Below the pieces are notes generated by a model, which worked only from the letters and a program-made list of their open reading frames with translations, was not told where the DNA came from and ran no database searches. From Deltaproteobacteria bacterium (GTDB taxonomy: Bacteria; Myxococcota; Kuafuiibacteriia; Kuafuiibacteriales; Kuafuiibacteriaceae): a stretch of DNA of 64,000 nucleotides. Position 1 is the first letter of the stretch. Each line of letters begins with the position of its first letter. Of this stretch, positions 42,910 to 51,962 are shown piece after piece. The translations under genes were made by a program, and so were the position numbers. The DNA lies in the NCBI GenBank assembly GCA_040218735.1, contig JAVJQW010000033.1:96001-160000 (forward strand), read 5' to 3'.

Positions 42910-44019
42910 TCAGCGCTGGCGTAGGAAGGTGATCAGCGCGTCGCGATCCGCCGGCGAAAGCTCCAACCCGAACCGGTGACCCGGCACCGAACGCTCCGGA
43001 TCCAAGAGATCCTCGAGCCCCTCGACGCGCCCCATCGACAGGAGCCGCTCGCGCTGACCGACGCCGAGCAAGGAAGGCACACGCCACGTCCCGGTCGTGC
43101 GCGCCGGGGACCGCGCGACGGCGTCCGGCGTTCCGATCTCCTCGATGGCGCGGGGCGCGTTCGGCCGACCGTCCGCGCCGTGGCAAGTCGCGCACTCCGC
43201 ATCGAACGTCGCGTTCGAGGTCCACGCGGGGAGGGTGTCGGCCATGCGCCACAGGTACAGCGCGAGTGCAAACGCGACGACGCGCGGCGGGCGGCGCGCC
43301 TCCGACACCGAGGTGAGGAGGAGCGTCTCGAGGCGCACGGCGAGCGCGATGGGATCGTTCTTCAGCGTCGCCGCGCGGTGCAGGTGCGTCTGGTGTTGGA
43401 TCGGTCGGAGGTCGGGGATCGCGGTCGGGTTGTCGACGCCGTCCGCGGTGACGTCGAGCGCGCCGAGGCCCCACGCGCTCTGTTCGGTCTGCGTGCCGTA
43501 GAAGTCGTCGTAGAGGCGCCCGAGATCGAGCCGGTGGTTCGGGACGCCCACGGCGTCGGGGCGCGCGTGACACGTCGCGCAGGTGAAGGCGGGGAACACG
43601 CCGTCGCCGAGGTCGACTTCGACGTACGAACCCGGCCACACGCCGTAGTCCTCGACGTCCGCTTTACCGAGCGCGTCCGCGAGCTGCACCGGGTACGCGA
43701 AGAACGCGCGCTCCCCGAGCGCGAGCAGCGAGGCTTCGTCGAGCGCGGCGTCCCAGGTGTCTTCGTCCCAGGTCGCGGCGCCCGGCGTACGCACGCGCGG
43801 CCGCCACTCGTCGAGCGCACCCCACACATCCTCGCGGTATCGCTCCAACCGGCGCGCGCTGTAGCCGTTCGTCGGGTCGACGATCGACGCCTCCAGCGCT
43901 TGCCGACCCGCGCTCATCGACGCGACGTAGGCGCTCCCGCGCTCCATCAACGACGGCGTCGCGTCGCTGCGCTCGCCGCCGCAACCGGCGACGAGCACGA
44001 GGCAGATCAGCCGGCGCAT
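42910..44019 (-). CDS. Di-heme c-type cytochrome lipoprotein
   Basis: Lipobox LVAGC, two CATCH heme-binding motifs and peroxidase/RoxA-like WRVPSLLGV...GHRFG. Confidence 0.8.
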   Translation of the reverse strand: MRRLICLVLVAGCGGERSDATPSLMERGSAYVASMSAGRQALEASIVDPTNGYSARRLERYREDVWGALDEWRPRVRTPGAATWDEDTWDAALDEASLLALGERAFFAYPVQLADALGKADVEDYGVWPGSYVEVDLGDGVFPAFTCATCHARPDAVGVPNHRLDLGRLYDDFYGTQTEQSAWGLGALDVTADGVDNPTAIPDLRPIQHQTHLHRAATLKNDPIALAVRLETLLLTSVSEARRPPRVVAFALALYLWRMADTLPAWTSNATFDAECATCHGADGRPNAPRAIEEIGTPDAVARSPARTTGTWRVPSLLGVGQRERLLSMGRVEGLEDLLDPERSVPGHRFGLELSPADRDALITFLRQR

Positions 44020-44642
44020 TGCGCGTCCGAGCACGACCAGCGCTCGCCCACGCGATCGTAGCGGCAGTACCAGCCCGCCCCCGGGCAGTCGCTGTCGTTC
44101 ACGCACTCGTCCTGCTCCGTATGGCAATAGTACCCGACGGTGCCGAGGTAGCTGCCGCAGTCGCCGAACGTCGGCGAGCAGAAGTTGCCGGTGCCGCAGT
44201 CTGCGTCGACGAGGCAGTTGCCCTGGCGCATGCAAATGTTCGCGTCGGAGCCGAACCCGCCGTTGCACTGGCAGACGTTGGACTCGCAGTCGCTGTCGAC
44301 GAAGCACTCGTCGTACGTGCAGACGTAGCCGAAGCGCATCTGCAGGCAGCGCCCGTTGTCACCGTCGGTGCAGTCGTCGTGCGCGGCGCACTGGTCTTCC
44401 GGGTTGCCGCTCGGGACGACCTGTGGGCTCGGCCGCGTCATGTCGCAGTCGATGCGTTCGGGGCGGTGTTTCTCGGGGGCTTCGACGCCCGCGTCGGGGA
44501 GCGTCCCGCCGTCGCGTACGAACCCGGCGTCGCGCGGCGGCGTCGTGGATCCGCCGTCGCGGTCGAGGCCGACCGTGGTGCGCGCACCGCAGCCTGCGGC
44601 GGCAAGTATCAGAAATCCGAGGGTGATTTTGCCCGTCCACAT
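44007..44642 (-). CDS. Cys-rich lipoprotein
   Basis: Lipobox AAGC, RDAG/PDAG linker and repeated DEC..DSDC units. Confidence 0.8.
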   Translation of the reverse strand: MWTGKITLGFLILAAAGCGARTTVGLDRDGGSTTPPRDAGFVRDGGTLPDAGVEAPEKHRPERIDCDMTRPSPQVVPSGNPEDQCAAHDDCTDGDNGRCLQMRFGYVCTYDECFVDSDCESNVCQCNGGFGSDANICMRQGNCLVDADCGTGNFCSPTFGDCGSYLGTVGYYCHTEQDECVNDSDCPGAGWYCRYDRVGERWSCSDAQCAG

Positions 44643-44672
44643 GTCCAACGGGCTATAGCGGATGAGGCGGGA

Positions 44673-44701
44673 CCTCGGCGCGTGAAATCCACGCGCCGAG
44701 G
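44673..44701 (-). terminator. Hairpin downstream of the subtilase gene
   Basis: CCTCGGCGCGTG-AAATC-CACGCGCCGAGG, a perfect 12-bp stem 11 nt past the stop. Confidence 0.65.
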
Positions 44702-44712
44702 GACATCTGTCG

Positions 44713-46458
44713 TTATCGGCAGGTCTTCGAGCCGTTGCGGCCGCGGCACTTGTTCGAGCAGCAGTCGCTGTTGCTCGTGCAGGCGTCGCCGGGCTGACCG
44801 AGGTTGCAGCCGCCGCCGGTGTTGCAGTCGGAGTCGGCGGCGTCGATCGCGCCGTCGCAGTCGTTGTCGAGGCCGTCGTTGCAGCTCGACTCCGTCGTCT
44901 CGGTCGGCGTGCAGCCGCTGCCGCCGGCGAGGATGGCTTCCGCGGCCGAGGCCTGCACGAGGCCGAAGCCGTACGCGTTGTCGCGGCCGGCCGGGCCGAG
45001 GTCGAGCGCGGACTGCGTCAGCGCGTTGCGCACGTCCGTGTTGGTGCGCGACGGGTAGTGGCTCCAGATCAGCGCCGCGACGCCCGCGACGTGCGGGGTG
45101 GCCATCGAGGTGCCGTCATAGAAGTCGTAGCCGCTTCCGGTCGTCGAGAGGTTCACGACGTTGCCGCTCTGCCCGAGGTTGTTGTTCACGATCGCCTGGC
45201 CGTCCGCCTGCGAGAGGCTGATGGCCGGGATCGAGCTGGTGTTCCCCGCGCCGAGCGTGCCGGAGAAGGGACCCGCGACGTTGTTGTAGATGATCGCCGC
45301 GGCGGCGCCGCCGGCCTGGGCGTTCTGCACCTTGTCGTTGAACGCGATGCTGCCGCGCTCGCACATCACGACCGCGCCGGACCACGAACCCACGCTGTCA
45401 CAGAGGCCGCCGTCGACGACGGGGCCGCTCGCGCCGGAGCTCTGCGCCGCGAACTCGATCGCGCCACCGGAGTACGTGTTCCCGCCGACCGTGATCGTGT
45501 GATTGCCGATGTACGGGACCGTGCTCTCGACGCCGACGCCCGGGGCGGCCAGCTCGACCTGGTTCGTCTGCTGCGAGAAGCTCGCGACCTGCATGTTGGA
45601 GTCGATCGCGGCGACCGACACGACCGAGTCGTAGGACGCGGGGTACGAGTGGCGCGTGTTGCCGTCGTTACCGGCGGCGGCGATCGAGAGGATGCCGGCG
45701 TTGTTCGCGTCGCGGAAGGCGCGGTTCTCGAAGTTGCTCTTCTGCGCGCCGCCGAGGCTCATGTTGACGACGATGTTGCCGCCCTGCTGCGCGCACTGGT
45801 CGAGCGCCGCGACGAGCGAGGACGAGTACGCCCACGCGCAGTCGTTACCGAACACCTTCACGATGTGGAGGTTCACGTTGCCGTTGCGGTTCACGCCGAC
45901 GACACCCGTGGAGTTGTTGAGCGCCGCGACGGTCCCCGCGACGTGTGTGCCGTGTCCGCAGCCGTCGACGTACGGGTTGCCGCTGCCCGAGTCGGGCGAC
46001 GCCGTGACGTTTGCGCTCTGAAGATCTTCGTGCGCGCTGTAGTAGCCCGAGTCGATGATGCAGACCGTCGTGTTGCCCGCGGCGGTGTCGGCGACCTGAA
46101 GCGCCTGCACCATCGTGATGCCGTAGGGCGTCGTTTGGGCCATCGGCCATCGCGGTGCGTCGGCTTCGATCGACGCGACCCACTTGTTGTGCCGGAGGCC
46201 TTCGATCGCGCGCTCCGGGATGTACGCCGCGACGGTGTCGTACTTGGGGAAGGCGTGCACGACGTGGGCGCCGATCTCTTGGAGCGCGGCCGAGCCTTGT
46301 TTCATGTCCTTGAAGGTGACGATGAAACGCGCGCCGCGTTTGTCGGTGAGGTTGGCCGGGCTGTTGAAGCGCTTGCCGGGCGCGGCGATGGCGACGGTGG
46401 ACGTCAGCAAGGTCGCCGCTGTCGCGACACCGAGCCAGGTTCGAATCTTCGGCTGCAT
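44713..46458 (-). CDS. Secreted S8 subtilase with PA domain and Cys-rich C-terminus
   Basis: Catalytic IIDSG, HGTHVAGT and GTSMATPHVAG motifs, AAAGND, propeptide and PA insert (CERGSIAFNDKVQNAQAGGA). Confidence 0.95.
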   Translation of the reverse strand: MQPKIRTWLGVATAATLLTSTVAIAAPGKRFNSPANLTDKRGARFIVTFKDMKQGSAALQEIGAHVVHAFPKYDTVAAYIPERAIEGLRHNKWVASIEADAPRWPMAQTTPYGITMVQALQVADTAAGNTTVCIIDSGYYSAHEDLQSANVTASPDSGSGNPYVDGCGHGTHVAGTVAALNNSTGVVGVNRNGNVNLHIVKVFGNDCAWAYSSSLVAALDQCAQQGGNIVVNMSLGGAQKSNFENRAFRDANNAGILSIAAAGNDGNTRHSYPASYDSVVSVAAIDSNMQVASFSQQTNQVELAAPGVGVESTVPYIGNHTITVGGNTYSGGAIEFAAQSSGASGPVVDGGLCDSVGSWSGAVVMCERGSIAFNDKVQNAQAGGAAAAIIYNNVAGPFSGTLGAGNTSSIPAISLSQADGQAIVNNNLGQSGNVVNLSTTGSGYDFYDGTSMATPHVAGVAALIWSHYPSRTNTDVRNALTQSALDLGPAGRDNAYGFGLVQASAAEAILAGGSGCTPTETTESSCNDGLDNDCDGAIDAADSDCNTGGGCNLGQPGDACTSNSDCCSNKCRGRNGSKTCR

Positions 46459-46609
46459 GGGTTCTTCGAGCTCCTTGTTGCACCGCGCGGCAGAAGTGCC
46501 GAACGGTTGGGGCAACACTGTGCGGATACGTGCAGCTTCTTGAAGACTCGAACGCACCGACGGACGCATGTCGCCGTATGCGTCGAGATTGCGTCAGACC
46601 GGTTGGTAC

Positions 46610-49015
46610 TCAGTCGAGCGCGACGCGGTAGACGTCGGCCTGGCTGTTGTCGCGGAACACGACGTCCTCGCGGACGATCGGCTCACCGAAGCGGAGGTAG
46701 TTCAGGCCGCGGAGGTTGTTCGTGATTGCGCCGTCCGTCGCGGTGAACATCCCGTCGACGCCCATCGAGATTCCGGCACACCCGTTGTTCGTGAACGTGA
46801 AGCGTTCGATGAACGCCTCCGTCTCCGAGAGCGCGAGCTGAGAGCTCCACGCCTCCGCGAAGAACGCGGAGCCCGGGCCGCGGAGGTTGCCGCCGCCGCG
46901 GTTCTCCGAGCAGTAGATGTCGCGCTCGAGCGCGTCGTCCGGGACGTTGGCGCCCGTGCCGTCGACCGTCAGGTCTTCGACGTTCGCCAGGGCGCCCCAC
47001 ACGTACAGACCGTACAGCTCGACGTCCGCGATCGCGGCGCGTCTCAACGTCAACGTGCCGCTGCGGATGATGACGCCGATGCGGCCGGACGACTCGCCTT
47101 CGACCGTGAGCCCGTCGATGTCCACCGCTGGCACGAGCGCGTCCTCGGCGCAGTTGCCGCGGCAGTCCGCGCCGATCGCCGTCATGGCGTCGCGCACGAC
47201 GACGTTGCGGATCGTCGCCGTGGTTCCTGCGCACGGTGCGATGCCGGTCGTGAGCGGGCCGAGCAGGGTCAGGTCGTCGATCGTCATCGTCACGCGGCTC
47301 GGCGTCTCGGGGGCGAAGCCTTCCAGGCACACGTTCGAGACGCCGGGGAGCGGCGCGACCTCGGTGGAGCGCGCGGCCCCGGCGCGGACGCGGCCCGAGC
47401 TCGCGACCCGGTCGAGATCCAACGTCGAGGTTCCGAAGAGATCCACCAGCGACTCGACGCCGGCCGCGTCGACGTCCCGGAGGACGACCTGGGCGGCGCC
47501 TTCGGCTTCGACGACATCCCCCGCTGCGCCCTCGACGCTCACGCGATCCAACGTCAGCGAAGCGCTCCCCTCCGCAGAGAACAGCGTGCCGCGCGACGTG
47601 TGACGGATGCGGGCGCGCACGAACGTGAGGGTCCCCGCGACGGACGACGCGACGGGCCCGTTCACGACGTCGACGTCGGTGGCGCTCAGCTCGGCGCCGG
47701 CGTTCACCGCAGCGAACGAGTGCGTCACGAACGCGGAGTCGCTCACTTCGACACGGCCTCCTTCGACGACGAAAGCGGGCGGCGTGTTGGCGGCGTCGAG
47801 CCACACGCGGGACACGTCGGCCTCGCCGCCCGTGACGCGCAGCGCGGGTGCGTCGAAGAACACGGCGCGCGAAACGTTCGACGTCCCGCCCGTCACGGTG
47901 ATCGCCGCCGCGATGGTGGCTTCGAAGACGACGTCGTCGACCGTGGCCGCGCCAGCGCTTTGCAACGCGCCGGCGACGAAGTGCGTGCGCTCGACGACGA
48001 GCGCACCCGTCGACGTGATCTGTGGGCCATCCACGACGGTGTCCACGACGCGAACGTCCCCGGAGGTCGTGAGGTTGTTCGTGGAGAGCAGGACACCATC
48101 GAACGTGACGTCCGCGCCCGCGCCGATCGTCGGCGCGCCGACCAGCGTCGTCTCCGCTGGGCACGTCCCGCGGAGCACGATGGTGCCGTCGATCGCGGGG
48201 ACGGAGTGCTGGCCCGCGGAGAGGAACAGCGTCGCGGGGCCGGTCGTCGCGGCGAGCGCGGCGGCGATCGAGTCGTAGGGCGAGCCGGTCGTGCCGTTCC
48301 CATTCGGCGCCGCGGCGAGGTCGACGTAGACCTCCGCCCCCACCGGGTTCGCGGTGCCGCGCCACGGCGTGCCGGGGCAGGCGACGAGCGGTGCGCACTG
48401 CGCGTCTTCGAGGCGCTGGACTTGGCCGGCGGGGCACGTGCGGCGGGACGCGGGCCGGCAGCGGCCGGAGCCGTCGAGCGCGAAGCCTTCGGCGCAGGCG
48501 TAATTCCACGCGGTCGGGCCCGCGACGGCGGGGGGCGGTGCGACGTCGGTTGGCGTTGGGCAGGGCTGCCCGCAGACGAGCCGGTCGTCGAAGAAGTGCC
48601 AGCACGCGTTGGCGGCGTCGCAGGTCGACGGTTCCTCGAGCCGCAGGTCGTCGATGAAATCGGGCCGCGGAACGATCTCGTTCCACTGTCGCTCCACGCT
48701 CTGCCAAACGTAGGTGAGCGCACCCGCCGGAACGGGGCGCCCCGCCTCGGGGTCGACCTCCGCCGTCACCCGCCCGGGTTCGAGTCCGTAGTCTGCGAGC
48801 GCGCCCGGGTAGGCGATCAGCACGACGTCCGCGCCGGAGCCGATCCCGAGAGGCGGCGGTCGTTGTCCGGGTTCGAGTGCGAAGAGGATCGGGAAACCCG
48901 TGCCCTCACGCACGATGAGGAGCGACGCGTGGTCGGGTTCCACCGGGAGCTGCACGGGGATCGACTCCGTGCAGGCCATCGCGAGCGCGACGGTGATGTA
49001 GGCGAAGCGCCGCAT
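46610..49015 (-). CDS. Cys-rich lipoprotein with DUF1565-like/beta-helix domain (paralog of 37074..39434)
   Basis: Lipobox AMAC, YVDLAAAPNGNGTTGSPYDSIAAAL and LRGTCPAETTL. Confidence 0.8.
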   Translation of the reverse strand: MRRFAYITVALAMACTESIPVQLPVEPDHASLLIVREGTGFPILFALEPGQRPPPLGIGSGADVVLIAYPGALADYGLEPGRVTAEVDPEAGRPVPAGALTYVWQSVERQWNEIVPRPDFIDDLRLEEPSTCDAANACWHFFDDRLVCGQPCPTPTDVAPPPAVAGPTAWNYACAEGFALDGSGRCRPASRRTCPAGQVQRLEDAQCAPLVACPGTPWRGTANPVGAEVYVDLAAAPNGNGTTGSPYDSIAAALAATTGPATLFLSAGQHSVPAIDGTIVLRGTCPAETTLVGAPTIGAGADVTFDGVLLSTNNLTTSGDVRVVDTVVDGPQITSTGALVVERTHFVAGALQSAGAATVDDVVFEATIAAAITVTGGTSNVSRAVFFDAPALRVTGGEADVSRVWLDAANTPPAFVVEGGRVEVSDSAFVTHSFAAVNAGAELSATDVDVVNGPVASSVAGTLTFVRARIRHTSRGTLFSAEGSASLTLDRVSVEGAAGDVVEAEGAAQVVLRDVDAAGVESLVDLFGTSTLDLDRVASSGRVRAGAARSTEVAPLPGVSNVCLEGFAPETPSRVTMTIDDLTLLGPLTTGIAPCAGTTATIRNVVVRDAMTAIGADCRGNCAEDALVPAVDIDGLTVEGESSGRIGVIIRSGTLTLRRAAIADVELYGLYVWGALANVEDLTVDGTGANVPDDALERDIYCSENRGGGNLRGPGSAFFAEAWSSQLALSETEAFIERFTFTNNGCAGISMGVDGMFTATDGAITNNLRGLNYLRFGEPIVREDVVFRDNSQADVYRVALD

Positions 49016-49083
49016 GCGTCGAAACGATCCGACAGTACTCGAACCTCGATTTTCTCGCGATCCGGGGTGCGCCTGCGCACGTA

Positions 49084-50880
49084 TTGGATTCGGAGGACTA
49101 CACGATCACCGCCCCCACTCCACCCGTCATCGCCGGTCGCTACCGGTGTGGCCGCGTCCTCGGTACCGGCGCGACGAGCACCGTGTACGAGGGCCGAGAC
49201 GCGTCGACGGGCGCGGCCGTCGCGATCAAACGCATCTTCGCCGAAGTCTCCGCGTACCGAGACGGCGGGGACCTCCTTCGACGCGAGGTCGGCGTGGCGG
49301 ACCGTGTGCGCCACGAAGGCCTCGTGCAGGTGTACGACGCAGGTCAGGATTCGGACGGCACGTTTTTCATCGTGATGGAGCTTTTGTCCGGTCGCACCTT
49401 CGAGGAGCAGCTGGAGAGCGGGAGCGCTTCGGTCGCGACCTCGCTGGACGTGGTCGAGGCGGTCCTCGAGCCGCTCGCCGCGCTGCACGCCCACGGGGTG
49501 GTCCACCGGGATCTGAAACCCTCGAACATCTTCCTGACCGACGACGGGCGCGTGAAGCTCCTCGACCTCGGCATCGCCAAACACGCGCAGGACGCGTCCG
49601 TCACCAAGACCGGCGCGGGCGTGGGGACCCCGAACTACATGGCGCCCGAGCAGGCGGTGAGCGCGCGCGACGTGACCCCCGCCGCCGACGTGTGGAGCGT
49701 CGGCGCGTTGCTCTACCGCGTCCTGACCGGGCGCCTCCCGTTCGAAGGTGAAAACGCGTACGAGGTGGTCCTCAAGGCGTGCACCGAGGTGCACGCGCCG
49801 GCGACGCGGTGGACGCCCGACGCCGACCCGTCGTTGGTTGCGCTGATCGATCGGTGCCTCGTGAAGGCGCCGGAGCACCGCATCTCTCAGGCCTCGGAAG
49901 TCGCGGTCGCGCTGCGCGAGGTGCGGGCCGGGACGTACGTGCCGATAGAGGCCGCCGCGTTCGTGGATCCCGCGCTGGCCGCCCTCGCGCGCGCCGCGAC
50001 CGAACCCGGCGACGGCGCAACCGCGGACGCTCCGACGCAGCGCGCGTATCGCGACGTCTCGATCGAGCTGCCGCGCTCGAGGCGCACGAAGTACGCCGCG
50101 ATGTTGTTCGTCGTCTTCGGCCTCGGGGCCGCTGCGGGGGTGGGGTGGTGGTGGTCGGCGCCGATGCGGCGAGCGCCGGTGCGATCTGTTGCCCCGGAGC
50201 GTGGCGGTTACGGCGAAACAGCGGGGGGTACGCGAGCGCTGATCGGTTCGGACGCGGACACGGGTTCGGACTCGGTGACGGGTTCGGATTCGGTTGCGGG
50301 TTCGGATTCGGTTGCGGGTTCGGACTCGGTGACGGGTTCGGACTCGGACACGGGTTCGGACTCGGACACGGGCCCGGATCCGGTCACGGGCTCGGACTCG
50401 GTGACGGGTTCGGGTTCGGTTGCGGGTTCGGACTCGGTGACGGGTTCGGATTCGGATACGCGTTCGGGTGCTGCGTCGGGTTCGCGTACCGCGCGGCGTC
50501 CTCGTCGGGCGCCGAAGCGCGCCTCCGCGCTGGGCGCTGCGTCTGATTCCGTCACCGAGCCCGACTCTGCATTCGCGTCCGACTCCGAATCCGCATCCGA
50601 TCCCGATTCCGATTCCGATCCCGGGTCCGACTCCGAATCCGCATCCGATCCCGATTCTGATCCCGTGACCGAGTCCGAGTCCGAGTCGGACTCCGAGACC
50701 GAGTCGGACTCCGACACCGCGTCCGACTCCGCCGCGGCCGACGCCCCGGACACCACGCCGCCCATCCGCACCAACGACGCCGGCGTCCGCGCCGCGCCGC
50801 CGACCACAGTGGCGCCGCCGCCGCCCCCGCCGCCCAAGAAGAAGAAGGAGAAGAAGTCGGCCCCGTTCCTCACGTTCTGA
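49084..50880 (+). CDS. Membrane Ser/Thr protein kinase with Ser-Asp repeat extracytoplasmic region
   Basis: GTGATSTV, AIK, HRDLKPSN, DLG and GTPNYMAPEQ motifs, a TM helix and GSDSVT repeats. Confidence 0.92.
   Translation: MDSEDYTITAPTPPVIAGRYRCGRVLGTGATSTVYEGRDASTGAAVAIKRIFAEVSAYRDGGDLLRREVGVADRVRHEGLVQVYDAGQDSDGTFFIVMELLSGRTFEEQLESGSASVATSLDVVEAVLEPLAALHAHGVVHRDLKPSNIFLTDDGRVKLLDLGIAKHAQDASVTKTGAGVGTPNYMAPEQAVSARDVTPAADVWSVGALLYRVLTGRLPFEGENAYEVVLKACTEVHAPATRWTPDADPSLVALIDRCLVKAPEHRISQASEVAVALREVRAGTYVPIEAAAFVDPALAALARAATEPGDGATADAPTQRAYRDVSIELPRSRRTKYAAMLFVVFGLGAAAGVGWWWSAPMRRAPVRSVAPERGGYGETAGGTRALIGSDADTGSDSVTGSDSVAGSDSVAGSDSVTGSDSDTGSDSDTGPDPVTGSDSVTGSGSVAGSDSVTGSDSDTRSGAASGSRTARRPRRAPKRASALGAASDSVTEPDSAFASDSESASDPDSDSDPGSDSESASDPDSDPVTESESESDSETESDSDTASDSAAADAPDTTPPIRTNDAGVRAAPPTTVAPPPPPPPKKKKEKKSAPFLTF
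50245..50730 (+). repeat. 18-bp tandem repeats (about 12 units) plus a second, roughly reverse-complementary repeat block
   Basis: GGTTCGGACTCGGTGACG-type units at 50245-50460 and a C-rich block at about 50541-50730. Confidence 0.85.
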
Positions 50881-50908
50881 CCTCGGCCTCAGGAGAGCCC
50901 CCGCCCCC

Positions 50909-51961
50909 ATGACCCGCACCGTCGCCCCCCTCGCCCTGTTCATCCTCCTCGCCCCCAACCTCGCCGTCGCGTCCCCGTGGACTCTGCCCGCGGATCGCAT
51001 CGCGGTGATCGGCGGCTTCGACTACGGCTTCGCGAACCAAGAGTGGCTCGACGAAGGCGGCGTGCGCGGGTTCCCGCTGCGCGGCAACTTCACGTCGTCG
51101 ACCTTCTCGATCGGGACGCGCTTCGGCTTCACCGATCGCCTCGAGTTCTCGGCGCAGCTCCCGATCACGCTCGTGTCCTACGACGCCGACGCCGTGATCC
51201 TCTTGCCGGCCCCCGGCGCCGACCCCGGCGCCGACTTCGACTACTACCAACAGAACATCATCGAGCTGACGCAGACCGCGCGCGGCGTCGGCGACCTCCG
51301 CGTCGCCGGCCGCTACCGGTGGTTCCTGCAGCCGTTCGCGCTCGCGACGGAAGTCGAAGTGAAGGCACCGACGGGTTACCGCGGCCCCTCCGGGACGTTC
51401 GGCGACCGGCCCCAGACCGCGGAGGAGTTCCTCGCCGATCCCGGTCGGTTCGTTCGGCCCGAGAACATCCAGGACGACGTGACCCTCGGCGACGGCCAGC
51501 TCGACGTCGCGGTCTCGATGTTGTTCGGCTACGTGTTCCCGACGAACACGTTCGTGCGCCTCGACGCGGGTTACAACTTGCGCCTCAGCGGCGCCGCGGA
51601 CCAGGTCGTGGGTTCGGTGCGCCTCGGTCAGGTCATCGCGCCGGGGCTCCTCGCGTTCGTCGGCGCGCGCGGCGCCTACTCGATCGAGGACGGTCGTGTC
51701 ATCGGTATCAGCGTCACCGCCGAGGATCCGGAGCTCCCCGCCGCCGAGTACGCGGGCCTGAACAACCTCGGCTTGCGCGAGGTTCGCCTCTACCGCGACC
51801 GCCTCGCGGTCGACGGCGGTGTCATCATTCGCCTCGCCCCGGGCGTGGAGCTGAACCTCGGCTACGGACAGACGGTGTGGGGCCGTAATACGGCCCTGGT
51901 GCGGCGGTTCTCGGCGAGCATCGCGATGTCGACCTCGATCGCCGAAGAAGACGACGAGTAA
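50909..51961 (+). CDS. Outer-membrane beta-barrel protein (transporter-like)
   Basis: Signal peptide and motifs GVGDLRVAGRY, EVKAPTGY and LGDGQLD. Confidence 0.75.
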   Translation: MTRTVAPLALFILLAPNLAVASPWTLPADRIAVIGGFDYGFANQEWLDEGGVRGFPLRGNFTSSTFSIGTRFGFTDRLEFSAQLPITLVSYDADAVILLPAPGADPGADFDYYQQNIIELTQTARGVGDLRVAGRYRWFLQPFALATEVEVKAPTGYRGPSGTFGDRPQTAEEFLADPGRFVRPENIQDDVTLGDGQLDVAVSMLFGYVFPTNTFVRLDAGYNLRLSGAADQVVGSVRLGQVIAPGLLAFVGARGAYSIEDGRVIGISVTAEDPELPAAEYAGLNNLGLREVRLYRDRLAVDGGVIIRLAPGVELNLGYGQTVWGRNTALVRRFSASIAMSTSIAEEDDE

Positions 51962-51962
51962 C

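Noticed and set aside
46568-49375. 935-aa plus-strand ORF and other Arg-rich ORFs across the window (e.g. 17794..19941, 35518..37593, 48817..51000)
   Set aside because: They overlap well-supported genes on other frames, and their composition is typical of high-GC shadow frames.
50208-50873. Antisense ORF encoding ESEPVT repeats
   Set aside because: It mirrors the SD repeat of the kinase gene and shows no sign of independent expression.
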